From an uncultured Methanomicrobiaceae archaeon (GTDB lineage Archaea > Halobacteriota > Methanomicrobia > Methanomicrobiales > Methanoculleaceae), in contig CAWGXH010000003.1 in NCBI GenBank assembly GCA_963826525.1, positions 512,001 to 576,000 on the forward strand: a stretch of DNA of 64,000 nucleotides, read 5' to 3'. A program made the translations under genes and the position numbers. The notes under the pieces were generated by a model. That model was not told the origin of the DNA, searched no databases, and saw only the letters and a program-made list of their open reading frames with translations. Of the stretch, positions 11,621 through 23,310 are shown in pieces. How positions within the stretch are numbered: position 1 is the first letter of the stretch; every line of letters begins with the position of its first letter.

Positions 11621-13258
11621 TCAGGTGTGTTTGTACCGGTCCATCAGTGCGCGGAGTTTCAGGCCGAGCTCCTGCAGGTTCCGGGCGATCGTCTCCCCTT
11701 CTCTCGCCGCCTGGACATTCTGGGTGCTGGCGATCTTGATGCTCTCCATCGCCGATGCCACCTGCTCCATGCCGACGAGCTGTTCCTGGCTGGACGCGGC
11801 AATATGGCTCGCGGCCCGGGCGGAATCCGTATTTGTATCCTCAAGCGAGCGGATCGACTGGCCGGTCAGCCGGGACTGCTGAACGCCTGCCTCTACCACC
11901 CGGTTGCCCTGGTCCACGGCCATCACTGCAGCGCTCACGGATCGCTGGACGTCTTTCAGGATCCGCTGGATCTGGGTGGTGGCCTGTTTTGTCTGCTCCG
12001 CGAGGCTCCGGATCTCCTGGGCAACCACGGCAAACCCTTTTCCTTCCGCACCGGCCCGGGCTGCTTCGATCGCCGCGTTGACCGAGAGGATGTTCACCTG
12101 TTCGGTAATGTCGTCCACCACATCGATGATCTCGCCGATTGCCTGGTTCTGTTCGTTGAGGCGTGCTATGCTCTCGCCGATGGCATTCATCTGGGCCTGG
12201 ATGCGGTTCATCCCCTGGATCGTCTCATCGACCGATGCCCGCCCTTTCTGCGCCATCTCCGAAGCATGCCGGGTCAGGTCCGAGACGTCTTTTGCCTTCT
12301 GGCTGACCGTCTGGGTCGTCTGCCTGACCTCCTCCGCCGTCGTGGTGGTCTGGGAGATCGCCGTTGCGGTCTCCTGTGCTCCCGAGGATATCTGCGCCAT
12401 CGAACTCGTTATCTCGTTCACCGAGGTGGCGAGGACGTTGATCCCCTCCTGGATCTGCTGGTTCATCGTCCGCAGGCTCTCGACCATCTGCCTCGTCGAC
12501 TGGTTCAGCATCCCCACCTCGTCGCTCCGGTCATCCTCCGGGACCTGAACGCTCAGGTCTCCGGCGGCGACCTGCTCGGCGACCATCGATATCCGGCGGA
12601 GGGGATGCGCGATACTGGCGGTCAGGGTCATAACGAGGACGATCCCTGCGATCACGGCAACGAGACCCATGATGCCCATGATCAGCTGCGTCTGCGCGAT
12701 CTGCCGGAGGGCTGCGTCTTCCTGCGTATGGACGTTCTGCTGCGATACGTTGATGAGATCGAGCGCCTGTGACCGCAGCGATTCGATCCGCCCTGCCTGG
12801 ACGGTCAGGGAAAGGTTCTGCGCCGCGCTCGCGTTGCCGGCATTGATCAGATTGATCTGCTCCTCGCGGGTCTCCCGGTATGCAGCGAGGTCGGCCATGA
12901 TCGTATCTAACTGCTCCACAAACGCCGGATCATCCTGCCCGAGCGCCGAGAGAGTGGCCAGGTTGGTATCGATCTGGTCGGAGTACTGCCGGAGTTCCTG
13001 TTCCAGCGCTGCCCGCTTTGCGGGGTCCTCGGTCAATGTCAGCTGCAGAAACTGGCTATGCTGCCGGTTCAGGTCTCCCCGGAACGTTTCGAGACCGAGC
13101 GCGAGGGGTATCTCCCTGTCCGTGAGATTCTGCTGCTGGGCCGCGATACCGGCAATGGAATAACTCGCGATGAGTATCGTGGCCGCGAGGATGACGATGA
13201 GCAGCCCGAACCCGAGGACGAGCTTATTCCGGGTCGACAGATTATCCAACCATTTCAT
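11621..13258 (-). CDS. Methyl-accepting chemotaxis protein (2 TM, four-helix sensor, HAMP; WspA-like)
   Basis: Starts [13 protein letters not shown]. Two hydrophobic helices, HAMP (HPL...DEVG), signalling tip [24 protein letters not shown]. The ORF track fuses it to the upstream CheW through an indel. Confidence 0.93.
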   Translation of the reverse strand: MKWLDNLSTRNKLVLGFGLLIVILAATILIASYSIAGIAAQQQNLTDREIPLALGLETFRGDLNRQHSQFLQLTLTEDPAKRAALEQELRQYSDQIDTNLATLSALGQDDPAFVEQLDTIMADLAAYRETREEQINLINAGNASAAQNLSLTVQAGRIESLRSQALDLINVSQQNVHTQEDAALRQIAQTQLIMGIMGLVAVIAGIVLVMTLTASIAHPLRRISMVAEQVAAGDLSVQVPEDDRSDEVGMLNQSTRQMVESLRTMNQQIQEGINVLATSVNEITSSMAQISSGAQETATAISQTTTTAEEVRQTTQTVSQKAKDVSDLTRHASEMAQKGRASVDETIQGMNRIQAQMNAIGESIARLNEQNQAIGEIIDVVDDITEQVNILSVNAAIEAARAGAEGKGFAVVAQEIRSLAEQTKQATTQIQRILKDVQRSVSAAVMAVDQGNRVVEAGVQQSRLTGQSIRSLEDTNTDSARAASHIAASSQEQLVGMEQVASAMESIKIASTQNVQAAREGETIARNLQELGLKLRALMDRYKHT

Positions 13259-13367
13259 CTTGTATCTCCCTCTGCCTGCGAAAGTTCCTCTTGTACCAGG
13301 TGATTTTGGAAACACGACAGCAAAAGGATTACCCTCTGACGATTCCCTCTCTCCGGGACGCTTCCTA

Positions 13368-13891
13368 TCATGGATTGACCTCCTCCCGCACCTGTAAGCG
13401 TGTATCCGAGAGGATTCTGCCGCCGTCGAGCAGAATAATGCCGTCGGCGGTAACCCCTCGTATGAACTCGGATCCGCCGCCACCCTGCGAAGAAGGGGGC
13501 GGAAGGATCGCATCGCCATCGGCACGGAGCGGGTGGCGTGGACAGCATCTGCAAGGACTCCGAACTCCATCGCCGGGTTCCTGAGGATGATCACCGTCGT
13601 CTGCGGGGCGACGATAGTCCCCGGGAGGTTGAAGAACTGCCGGAGATCCACCAGAGAGACGATCCTCCCCCGCACGTTCATGATCCCGAAGACGAACGCA
13701 GGGGTGCACGGGACGTGCGCATACTGCTGCAGCGGGACCACGCCGTGCACCGTCGCGACCTCGATGGCGTACCGTTCCGAGGCCATGCGGAACTCCAGCA
13801 CCTCGATGTATTCCCGGGCTTCCTCTCTGGGCTCCGGGCGTCGGGCGAGTTGTTCGGCTCGCTCTTTTAAGATCCTCTTCTTCTCGCTCAT
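13368..13891 (-). CDS. cheW: CheW adaptor (WspD-like), frameshift near 13515
   Basis: [11 protein letters not shown]...[24 protein letters not shown]...FGVLADAV. The C-terminus ([19 protein letters not shown]) lies in the ORF 13368..13709 frame. Confidence 0.85.
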
Positions 13892-13937
13892 CGTTTCTTT
13901 CCCTTGATTCTGCCTCATACGCATCCCATACCTGCGT

Positions 13938-15386
13938 CTAGCCCACGACACCCCGGTTCCGGACTGAGACGATCAGGTGCGCCAGGGTACCGGCGCTGAT
14001 GCCCTCGGAGAAGGGCAGGGCCTCGTCCTGTTCATACGACTCCAGGAGAGCGAGAGCATGCGTGAAATGCCGCTCCGCCTCGTCTCGCCGATTGCAGCGG
14101 ACTGCAATAACGCCGAGCAGATAGTGGGCGAGCACCACTCCCGGATCCAGGTAGAGTACCTGACGCAGCGATGCAACTGCCGGGGCGAGTTCTCCTTTTT
14201 CCTGCAGGATCGCTGCACGCAGGTAGTAGGGCTCGGGGTTCAGTTTGTCGGCGGCGATGGCCTTCTCGCACCAGGCGAGCGCGGTGTTCAGATCCCCCTG
14301 GTTCGCAGAGACCCGTGCAACCAGCAGGATGGCCGGAAGGTTCCCGGGTTCCCGGCGCAGTACCTCCTGGAGGAGCGGAGTCGCATCCCCGTAGCATCCC
14401 TGTTCATAGAGGCGTGCCGCCCGGATGTACAGATCCCGGGGAAGTATCTGGACCGTCGCAACCGGTTCTGTGACGGCTCTGCCGGGGTGCATCTCCACGG
14501 ATTCCGGGGGGAGGGGTGCCTCGGGAGGCGTGGGCGCTGCGCCGGAGATCTTCCGGTACAGCGTTCCTTTCGGGAACCTGACCGGGGTAAAGGGGCCGAA
14601 GGGATCGGCTGCCGTCTCCGTTACCCCGATGACCAGCCACCCGCCCTCCGAGAGGGATCGGTGCAGTTTCTGCACGACCGAGGCTGCATGCTCCGGGCAG
14701 AAGTACATCAGGGTATTTCGGCAGAGGATGAGATCCATGCCGGATGTATTGTTCAGGAACGAGGGATAGGTCTCCTCCATGAGATTGAGATAGGAGAACG
14801 TGACCATGCTCCGGATCCGGGGGTCAAGGAGATAGGTTCCGTCGTCGAGCCGGGTGAAGTAGCGATCCCTCACCCATGCCGGCGTGTTCCGGAACGACCA
14901 CCCGGTGTAGATCCCTGCGGATGCTTTTCGCAGTGCATTCGCACTGATGTCCGTTCCGAGGATGGTGATAGTCCAGTCCTCCGGGGTTCGCAGGAGTTCG
15001 GTGAGCATCATTGCAAGGGAGTAGGGTTCTTCCCCGGTGGAGCAGCCGGCACTCCAGATGCGTATATGCCGATCTGCCGGAGAGCGTTCCCGTATCAGCT
15101 CCGGCAGGACCGTGTCCCGGAGCAGATCGAAGATCTTCTCCTCCCGGAAAAAGTACGTCTCGCCGACCACGAGGCGCTCGGCGAGGGCGTCGAGCACCTG
15201 CCGATGCTGCGGAGATGCCGTAAGGTCTGCGATGAACTGGTGGAGGTGTGTGTAGCCGAGGTCGGATGCGGCGGTGCGGAGGCCCTGCTCGAGAGAGGAA
15301 TAGCGGTCTTTCCGGTAGCAGAGGCCGAAGGTATCCGCAACGAGACGGCTCACCTGGGCGAGCTGCAGGTCCGGAAGAGTGCTCAT
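13938..15386 (-). CDS. cheR: CheR methyltransferase with C-terminal TPR repeats (WspC-like)
   Basis: [27 protein letters not shown] and [12 protein letters not shown] motifs, followed by TPR helices ([16 protein letters not shown]...). Confidence 0.93.
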   Translation of the reverse strand: MSTLPDLQLAQVSRLVADTFGLCYRKDRYSSLEQGLRTAASDLGYTHLHQFIADLTASPQHRQVLDALAERLVVGETYFFREEKIFDLLRDTVLPELIRERSPADRHIRIWSAGCSTGEEPYSLAMMLTELLRTPEDWTITILGTDISANALRKASAGIYTGWSFRNTPAWVRDRYFTRLDDGTYLLDPRIRSMVTFSYLNLMEETYPSFLNNTSGMDLILCRNTLMYFCPEHAASVVQKLHRSLSEGGWLVIGVTETAADPFGPFTPVRFPKGTLYRKISGAAPTPPEAPLPPESVEMHPGRAVTEPVATVQILPRDLYIRAARLYEQGCYGDATPLLQEVLRREPGNLPAILLVARVSANQGDLNTALAWCEKAIAADKLNPEPYYLRAAILQEKGELAPAVASLRQVLYLDPGVVLAHYLLGVIAVRCNRRDEAERHFTHALALLESYEQDEALPFSEGISAGTLAHLIVSVRNRGVVG

Positions 15387-15902
15387 GGTACGGACTCTCC
15401 TCCCGCAGCCTCCAGCGCCGTGTCGAGAGCTCGTCTCCTCGTCGAGGGAGAGGAACCGTTCCGCGTCCTCGATAAGGATCAGGCCGTCGTCAAGCTGGAG
15501 AATTCCCCGGACATGGGGTAGGTTCGGGAGGATCGACTCCGCACCGGTGATCGCCTCGTCCGAACAGGAGACGACATCGGCAACGCGGTCGACGAGGAGT
15601 GCGATCGTCCGCCGGGCCGTCCTGATGAGAACGAGCTGGTCGTGTATGTCGAGTTCCCGCCCGGGCAGGCGGAAACGCTTGCGGGTATGGAATACCGGAA
15701 GGATCCGTCCCTGCAGGCTGATGATGCCGAGTATCACATCGGGTGCGCCGGGGAGCGGGGTTACCTCTACTGCGCGAAGGACGCGCATAACGCAGGGAAG
15801 GGGGAGGGCATAGCGCCGGTCATCCAGAGTAAATACGAGCAACTGGTGGATGCCGCTCATCCGTTCTCTGTCTGCCGCGATCTCGGGCGTTCTGTCGTTC
15901 AT
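15383..15902 (-). CDS. cheW: CheW adaptor (WspB-like), first gene of the operon; an indel near 15430 fuses it to cheR in the ORF track
   Basis: LLVFTLDDRRYAL...TPLPGAPDVILGIISLQGRILPV...ALLVDRV. ATGA overlap with cheR at 15383-15386. Confidence 0.85.
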
Positions 15903-16658
15903 ATGCTGTAACATCGATATTCTTACGGTCTTCTCTTCGGGCTGTCCCGGGAGGAGGTATCTCCCCCGAAGCCCGTAACCACCGATTGCATAAATGCCGA
16001 TAGAGAGGTGGGATTCTGACCACATAAGTTTTGAGCATCACGGGGGTGGGTGCGGACCGCTCTGTTTTGCCGCTCTCGTATGCCCCCGGCACTGCAAAAG
16101 AGAGCGATGACCGTCTTCCTCTCTCCGAGTCCGGGTTACACCGAGACACCCCCATCGATAATCTCCGCCTCCCCTCGGGACACCTGTCATGCTCCGGCGG
16201 AGCGTTCGGAGCGATCCCGGCCGCCCTCTCCTCGTGCACCAATGTCACTCCGACGACACCTTTGCCCTCGTGGGGGAGGGGCATCCGCCGGAGAACGTCT
16301 ACATTCCAGAGGGGCGCCGTTGGGCAGATCCGACCTGTTTCCACGGCTGAAGCACGTGGGAGTCCGACATTACCGGCATCCGTAACCGCTCTTTCCGGTG
16401 TACGGAACTTCGAAATGAATTAATATGATCTCCCGCTGTAACCACGCTGCATCGGAATCGCGCATCGCGACTCCTGCAGACGATCGAGCATGAGCCCTTT
16501 CTGCAGGGCTCGTGGACGCTCCGGCGGCGACGGTTCCCGGGGATTTCGCTATGGGGTTCCGACACCAGCGAGAATGGTTTCGCCGTTCGTGCCACGGCAT
16601 TCGGACGTTGCCTCCCGCTCTTCCCCGGTCGCTGTCTGCTCCGGAGTGGTGGACTGTC

Positions 16659-18436
16659 ATGGGCTCGTATCGAACGTCACTGATCGTCGGCTCGGTCCTC
16701 CTGATCGTGATATGCCTGCTCGGTGCTCCCTCCGCAGCGCGGACCGGGTGAAAGCTTCAGCCGGCGATACCATATACGTCGGCGAAGAGAGCCTGAACCT
16801 GACGGGGCTCGACCCGGCGGTCGTCCGCCTTGTCCACTACAGCGACGGTGCGGCGGGGCCGGCCGAGAACAGCATCGCTGTGCCGAACCCGGACGACTTC
16901 GATCTCCGTGCGGCGGATGCCGGCACCGCCACCGGCACCTACTACGCGTGGGACGCGACCGGTCCGGTCGCCGGCAATCCGTTCGTCGTTGTCGACGTTC
17001 CGTCCGTGACCCTCGATGCCGTCCTGAACGGGACAAACCGCTCCGTGAACGGCAGAACCGTCACCCGTGACCGCCTTCTCGCATTCAGACTCGAAAATAA
17101 CCTGGAAGGGCCGTATGCCGTGCCGCCGCTCGTCTCTCTGGCCATCGAGACCACCCTGCCGAACGGCACGAAGGTGCTCGCCTTCGGCGGCGTCGATCTC
17201 TCTTCGGTTGCCGTCTCTACGCCCACCCTCTCGATACCCGGTATCGCCCTCGCCGGCGCCGAACCGGGCACCTACACGGTTCAGGCGAAGTGGACGGACA
17301 GAGCCGGCCTCGAGGGCAAGGGGTATGACTCGAACACCGTCGTATTCGAGATTCTCGACCCTGCTTCGGCCAACGTCACGATGAACGTGCCGGGTTCCGG
17401 CACCTATACCCTCGGTGACAAGATCGGGCTCAACGGGACCTGTGACGGCAGCACTACCGTGTACCTCTTTCTGACCGGCCAGAACCTCGGGAATGGCGAG
17501 AGGCTTGATATGGGCGGTCCGGTGATGAACGGCAATGCAACGACCTTCACTGCGGTTGCCGTCGAAGCCAACGGTACCTGGCAGTACCGGTGGGATACCT
17601 CCGCGCTCCATGCGGTGATCGATTCCGGCATCTATACGATCTCTGCAGCACCGGTACCCAGGGACTATGCGAGCCTTGCAAATCACACAGAGGCGGGTAT
17701 CGTCTTTGCGATGCCGACACTGACCGCGGAAGCGCACCCTGCGTCGGTCGTCCCGGGCGATCCGGTCGTCATCTCCGGCAACGCCACGGGAGATCCGGGG
17801 AACGTCTATGTCTGGATCTTCGGGCAGAACCTCCGCGTCCTCAGCGAACCCGCGGGTGTTGCGTCGAACGGCACCTTTGTCTACACGCTCGATCCTGTCG
17901 ATACCGCCTATCTGGCTCCCGGTCAGTACGACGTCGTCATCCAGCACCCGATGATGGACGGAGAGCAGAGTGTCGGTTTCGTGCCGCCGGGCTCCATCCG
18001 CGTGCCCGGCACGGCGCCGGTCAATCTTGATGGCCTGACATCGTCCGCCGCCAGGGCTGCATTCATGGATGCTTTCACCGCACCCGGAGTCGACGACGTC
18101 TACGTGGAGGTCACGTTCCGGATCGGCAAACCCTGGATTGCGATAAACCCGATCGGCGACCGGATCGTCGACACCCCGTTCCGGATCGACGGCACGACCA
18201 ATCTGGCCGTCGATGAGAGGCTGAGGGTGACGGTCACGAACGTATCCGGCCTCACTGCGGTGTCGCGAGACGTGCGGGTCGGGGAAGGAATACCGAATAA
18301 TACGTGGTCGTTCGAGGTCGGTGCTTCGACGCTGGAGGCCGGCGAGTATACCGTGACGGTGCGATCGGCATCGACCGAAGCTTCCCGGAGGGCCGCCTTT
18401 CGGGTTGTCGAGAGTACCGTCCCGACTCCGCCATGA
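16659..18436 (+). CDS. DUF3821/S-layer-glycoprotein-like secreted Ig-fold protein; frameshift near 16740
   Basis: Signal peptide MGSYRTSLIVGSVLLIVICLLGAPSA, then GDTIYVGEESLNLTGL, PGQYDVVIQHPM, GVDDVY and DGTTNLAV motifs typical of Methanomicrobiales surface proteins. Many N-x-S/T sites. Confidence 0.7.
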
Positions 18437-18474
18437 CCACCCGCGGCCTCTCGCCCGGCTGCCCTGCTCCGCCG

Positions 18475-19421
18475 TCAGGATACCGGAAGGTCGTCTCGTT
18501 CGGTTTTGTAATTCGTAATTATCAGTTCGGTGATCTCGCCCCGCCGCTCGCCGTTGCAGTTGATCCTGCGGCTGGCGGGAACCCGTTCGATGCAATAACC
18601 CGAATACAGGTCTTCAAAGAAATGGTCTTCCGGATCTTCGTTCTTCGGGTCGGAGTTGCTCAGGCATCAGCCGTGCTCCTTCTGCATCCAGAGTGCGGAA
18701 GAACCCGGCAAGGCGTCTCTGGTCGTCGTCCCCGAAGCCGTCCCTGGAGTACGAGGTGAAACTCGACGTCCGGTTCAGCGGCCGGTACGGCGGGTCGAAG
18801 TAAACGAACGTGCTTGCATCGACGTACCGGGCAGAGTCCGAGAAGTCACCGAGATGGATGCTCGTATTTTCGAGGAGCGTCGAGTCGCTCCGGAGTACTT
18901 CCGGGTTCACTATCCGGGGGTTTTTGTACCGGCCGAAAGGTACGTTGAACTCGCCCTGTGAATTGACCCGGAATAAGCCGTTGAAGCAGGTCCGATTCAG
19001 GAATATGAGATCTGCCGTTCTCTGGATCCACGCCGTGCCGTACTGTTTCCACTGCATCGAGGCCTTTGACGCATTGTACCTGCTCCGGATCTCGTAGAAG
19101 AACTCCTGCCGCTTTTCGGTATCCAACCGTAGGTATGAAGTTTCCAGATCTTTCAGAATCCCGATCGAGCTCCTCGACATCGTTCCTGACAACGGTATAC
19201 GCGAGCACGAGCTCTTCGTTGACGTCGAAGATATGGCATTCGTCGAAGGCATATCTGTTATTTATAAAGAAGTAGACAGCCCCGCCGCCTGCGAACGGCT
19301 CGACATAGGTATCGACAAGGCCTTCTTTCACCTCGTGCGGAAGCCGACTATCGAATTCCTCCAGTAGTTGGCCTTTGCCGCCGGCCCACTTCAAAAATGG
19401 CCTGGCATTTTGAACTTTCAT
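18475..19421 (-). CDS. Dam-family (D12 class) DNA adenine methyltransferase, frameshifted
   Basis: RPFLKWAGGK, EPFAGGG, FLNRTCFNGLFRVNSQGEFNVPFG, DPPY, and C-terminal GEITELIITNY. Indels near 19165 and 18660. Confidence 0.9.
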
Positions 19422-20047
19422 CCTGGTGAACCTCGTCAAGAACCCCGCGATCAGCACTGAGGAGAATCGATTGGGCCTCGGTGAATGTACTGTACGCGGC
19501 CTGCAACAAAAAAGAATGCGAAGATCCCGCGGTGAAATTATCCCTTCCGGGGAGCTCGCGATCCTATAAGAGATCGTATGGTCGCCGGGCAAAAACCCAG
19601 TCGTATCGCCCGCCCCCGCAAGCGATCTTCTGTGCCTGCTCGCCTGCTCTGGAACATGCTCCAAAAGTGTGCCGGTATCTGAAGGTTGATCGGATCGAAG
19701 CATGCTCACGCAATCAATCCGTGGAAAAAACTCACTCTAGACCGGATCGCGAGCACGGCCAATCCCCGGCTATCGCGTTGGGGGGGAGGGTGCGGGAGGG
19801 GGCTGGCCCCTCCTGCAAAAGAGTATTGGGACATGCTCATACATACCCGGTGCTATCATCGGGCAACGGCTTGAGAACGGTCACCAACCTCCCGAATCTC
19901 TCGTTCCGACCGGGCGAATCCCTCAAACTCGTCTCCGTTTCCCCTGCCGTGCCATCAGCATGTACGTATACCCGCCGTAGAGTCTATCGTTATTACCGCC
20001 TATGGGAAACCTACTGGTGCTGCGTTTATAAGGAGTCCCTGATTCAG

Positions 20048-22549
20048 ATGTCCGCACCTCCAGGAACTACACGGAAGAAGCCTCATTCCTCCGGACAGGA
20101 TGAGGAGGCACAGGCTATCTCCGCCGAAGGAGAACGGCTCGTTCACGAGCGGACGCAAGAGCTCAGGAAAGAAAATGAGGCGCTCCGGCGCGAAATAGAT
20201 ACGATCAAACGCACGGGAGAGTGGTTCGAGAAAGCGTTTTACGAAAGTCCGGTTGCGTTACTCATGGCGACTCTGCATGATGGGCGTTTCGTTGCTGTCA
20301 ATGAATGTTTTTTACAGACGTTCGGGTATAGCCGTGAGGAGGTGATCGGCCGCACGTCGACCGAACTCAATCTGTATGCCGATGCCGATGCCGATGCGTA
20401 TGCCCGCATCGTCCGGGTAGCCCGTGAACAAGGCAACGCTCGCAACTACGACCTGACCTCGCGAACCCGGACGGGCGGACTCATCCATGTGCTCCTTTCC
20501 ACCGATATCATTCACGCTCACGGTCAGGAATACGCGCTTTCCACACTCATCGAGATCGCCGGGCGCAGGCGGATAGAACCGGAACGAGAGGATCTCCTCC
20601 GGAAGGTGCAGGCATCGGCCGGAAAGCTGGAAGCCGCAAATGAAGAACTCCGGGCGACCACAGAAGAACTTGCGGCCTCGAACGAGGTACTCCGGCGGCA
20701 AAGAGAGGAACTGGTCACCGTGAACCGGGTTCTGCGAGAAAGCGAGCGTAATGCTTCCGAGATCCTCGAAAGTATCCGTGACGGGTTCTTCTCCCTCGAT
20801 CGGAACTGGACGTTCACCTACATCAATCAGCGGGCGGCAGAAAATGTAGGGCGCACCCGGGAGTACCTGGCCCTGAAGAACATCTGGAAGGAGTTTCCGG
20901 AAATCCAGAACACGGAGATGGGATCGGTCTTCCGGCAGGTCATGCTGGATCGGAGACCTCGGCGGTTCGAGCAGTGGGGCGTGCTGACCGACAAGTTGTA
21001 TGAAATCAGGGTATACCCCGGCAGCGAGGGCGGCATATCGGTCTACTGGCTTGATATTACCGCACGCAAACAGGCGGAAGAGGCGCTCAGAGAACTGAAC
21101 GGAAATACCGGGAACTCGTCCGCTATGCGCCGGCGGGGATCTACGAGATTGATTTCAGGAACCAGAGATTTACCGCGGTAAATGAGGCCATGTGCCGGAT
21201 GCTCGGGTACAGCCGGGAAGAGTTGCTCGCGATGAATTCGTTCGATATTCTGGATGAGGAGAGCAAGGCTCGTTTCCAGGCCAGAATCGTCAGGTGGCTC
21301 CGCGGGGAAGAACCGGATAGAAATGTCGAATACAAAGTAAGAACGAAAGAAGGCCATACACTCGACGTGGTTTTGGACGTGACCTTCACCGCCGACGAGA
21401 ACGGAAAGCCGCTTGGTGCGACGGTCATCGGCCACGATATCACCGAACGCAAGCGGGCGGACGAGGCGCTGCAGGAGAGCCGGAAGGACCTTGACCGGGC
21501 ACAGACTGTCGGCAAGATCGGAAGCTGGCGGCTGGACATCGACCGGAACGTCCTGACCTGGTCGGACGAGAATCACCGCATCTTCGGGGTGCCCAGAGGG
21601 ACACCGCTGACCTACGAGACGTTCCTGAGTTTAGTCCACCCCGATGACCGGGAGTACGTGGACACCCGATGGAAGGCGGGACTCTCTGGCGAGCCCTACG
21701 ACATCGAGCACCGCATTCTGGTGGACGGGCGTGTAAAATGGGTGCGGGAGAAGGCCTACCTGGAGTTCGACGATGCCGGCGGGCTGCTCGGAGGTTTCGG
21801 GATAACCCAGGATATCACCGAACGCAAGCGTGCCGAAGAAGCGCTTGTGCGCCACACCGAAGAGCTCACCCGGCTTCACCGCGAACTGCAGATCGCAAAC
21901 CGGGAGGCGAACCTCTATCTCGACATTCTCACCCACGACATCGGCAATACCGAGAACGTCTCGAACCTCTACGCCGACCTGCTTAATCGACCTCGCCGAA
22001 GGAGACCTGAAGACCTACGCGGAGAAACTGCAGCAGAGCGTCCGGAAGAGCATCGAGATCTTAAAGACGGTCTCCACCATCCGCCGGATTCACCGGGTGT
22101 CGTCCGAGCTCAAACCGATGGATCTCGACGCGGTCGTCCGGGGAGTGATCGAGGACTTCCCGGGCAGCACTATTCTCTACGAAGGGGCGCACTATCAGGT
22201 CTGGGGTGACGACCTGCTCTCCATGATCTTCGACAATCTCATCGGCAATGCCGTGAAGTTCGGCGGTCCCGGCGTCAAGATCGCCGTCCGGGTGGAAGAA
22301 GAGGACGGGTTCGTCCGGGTAACGGTCGAGGACACCGGTCCCGGCGTCCCGGACGATGAGAAGGATGCGATCTTCCACCGGTACGAGCAGCAGAAGCGGG
22401 GCGTCGGCGAAGGGCTCGGGCTGTACCTCGTGCAGATCCTCGTCGAGCGCTACGGCGGGCAGATCTGGGTCGACGACCGGGCGGCCGGCCACCCGGAGGA
22501 AGGGGCGGCGTTCACATTTACGCTTCGAAAAGCTATGCAAAATCGCTGA
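20048..22549 (+). CDS. Multi-PAS sensor histidine kinase, frameshifts near 21095 and 21980
   Basis: ORFs 19481..21181 (from ATG 20048), 21190..22209 and 21830..22549 give 4 PAS, H-box THDIGN and HATPase. Confidence 0.85.
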
Positions 22550-22646
22550 ACAGGCTGCCGGCCGGAACGACTGTCCGGCAGCGGAGATCGAATACCGGAA
22601 GCACCTGCACCGCTGCAAGATGGGTAGCGGAGGGAAGGTGAACCTG

Positions 22647-23135
22647 CTACGTCGATTCTTTCGCCGCTCCGCTCGCATGCGGCGGTTTCCAGACGATCGC
22701 CAGGATCCCGCCGACAATGCCGAGGATCATGCCGATGACGAACCCCCCTCCTGCAAAAATGCTCACCAGAGAGAAGATGAGGATGATGACGCCCCACGCC
22801 ACATGGGATGCCGGCCGGGAGCGCAGCATGTACGACCCCACGAGAACGACGATCCCGCATACGATGCCCCAGATCCCGATGCCTGCCGCCACGAACGGAA
22901 TAAATCCGGTTTGATCCTGGTACCCGCCCATCGGCCCCTCGTATCCACCCATCGGTCCTTCATGTCCGTCCATCATACCGGGATATTCACCCGTCATGCC
23001 GGGGTAGTATCCGCCCATCATGCCGCTCATGAAGGCGGTCCCCAGCACGAGGATCACGATCCCGGAGAGGAGGATGAGAATACCGCCGATCAGCGAGAGG
23101 GCAAAAGCAATTGTTGGAGCTCCCTGTTCTGCCAT
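22647..23135 (-). CDS. Small 4-TM membrane protein with Gly/Met-rich repeat loop (DUF6114-like)
   Basis: AFALSLIGGILILLSG helix; loop MMGGYYPGMTGEYPGMMDGHEGPMGGYEGPMGGY; C-terminal GGGFVIGMILGIVGGILAI. Confidence 0.65.
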   Translation of the reverse strand: MAEQGAPTIAFALSLIGGILILLSGIVILVLGTAFMSGMMGGYYPGMTGEYPGMMDGHEGPMGGYEGPMGGYQDQTGFIPFVAAGIGIWGIVCGIVVLVGSYMLRSRPASHVAWGVIILIFSLVSIFAGGGFVIGMILGIVGGILAIVWKPPHASGAAKEST

Positions 23136-23310
23136 GGTTCAAATGGGCTGCATGGGGCTTTTTGGTGAAAAACCTATCCGCCATCGCCGCACGGGTGCCG
23201 CGAACCGAGCGACGGAGCAGCCATGCTCCCCGGGACATCTCTGTTTCTGTGCGGCGTTCGGCCGGCCGTGCCGGGAATGCTGGGCCTTCCGGTGCTCCTG
23301 CCACTGCTCT

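Noticed and set aside
9842-12772. Long antisense ORFs (also 667..2613, 13977..15521, 16757..18595, 23020..24663, 57944..59653, 60682..62667)
   Set aside because: Shadow ORFs of GC-rich genes on the opposite strand, with no recognisable motifs.
11621-13951. 776-aa CheW-MCP fusion in the ORF track
   Set aside because: The junction is nonsense sequence. The CheW C-terminus and stop lie in another frame (13368) and the MCP has its own ATG at 13258, so this is an indel artefact.
13938-16025. 695-aa CheW-CheR fusion in the ORF track
   Set aside because: An ATGA stop/start overlap at 15383-15386 in the shifted frame indicates two genes merged by an indel.
19481-20047. N-terminal extension of the PAS kinase ORF
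   Set aside because: Low-complexity, non-protein-like translation. A TTTATAA TATA box at about 20025 precedes the ATG at 20048.
20385-20408. (GCCGAT)3 microsatellite in a PAS domain
   Set aside because: In-frame, very short, and no evidence of function.
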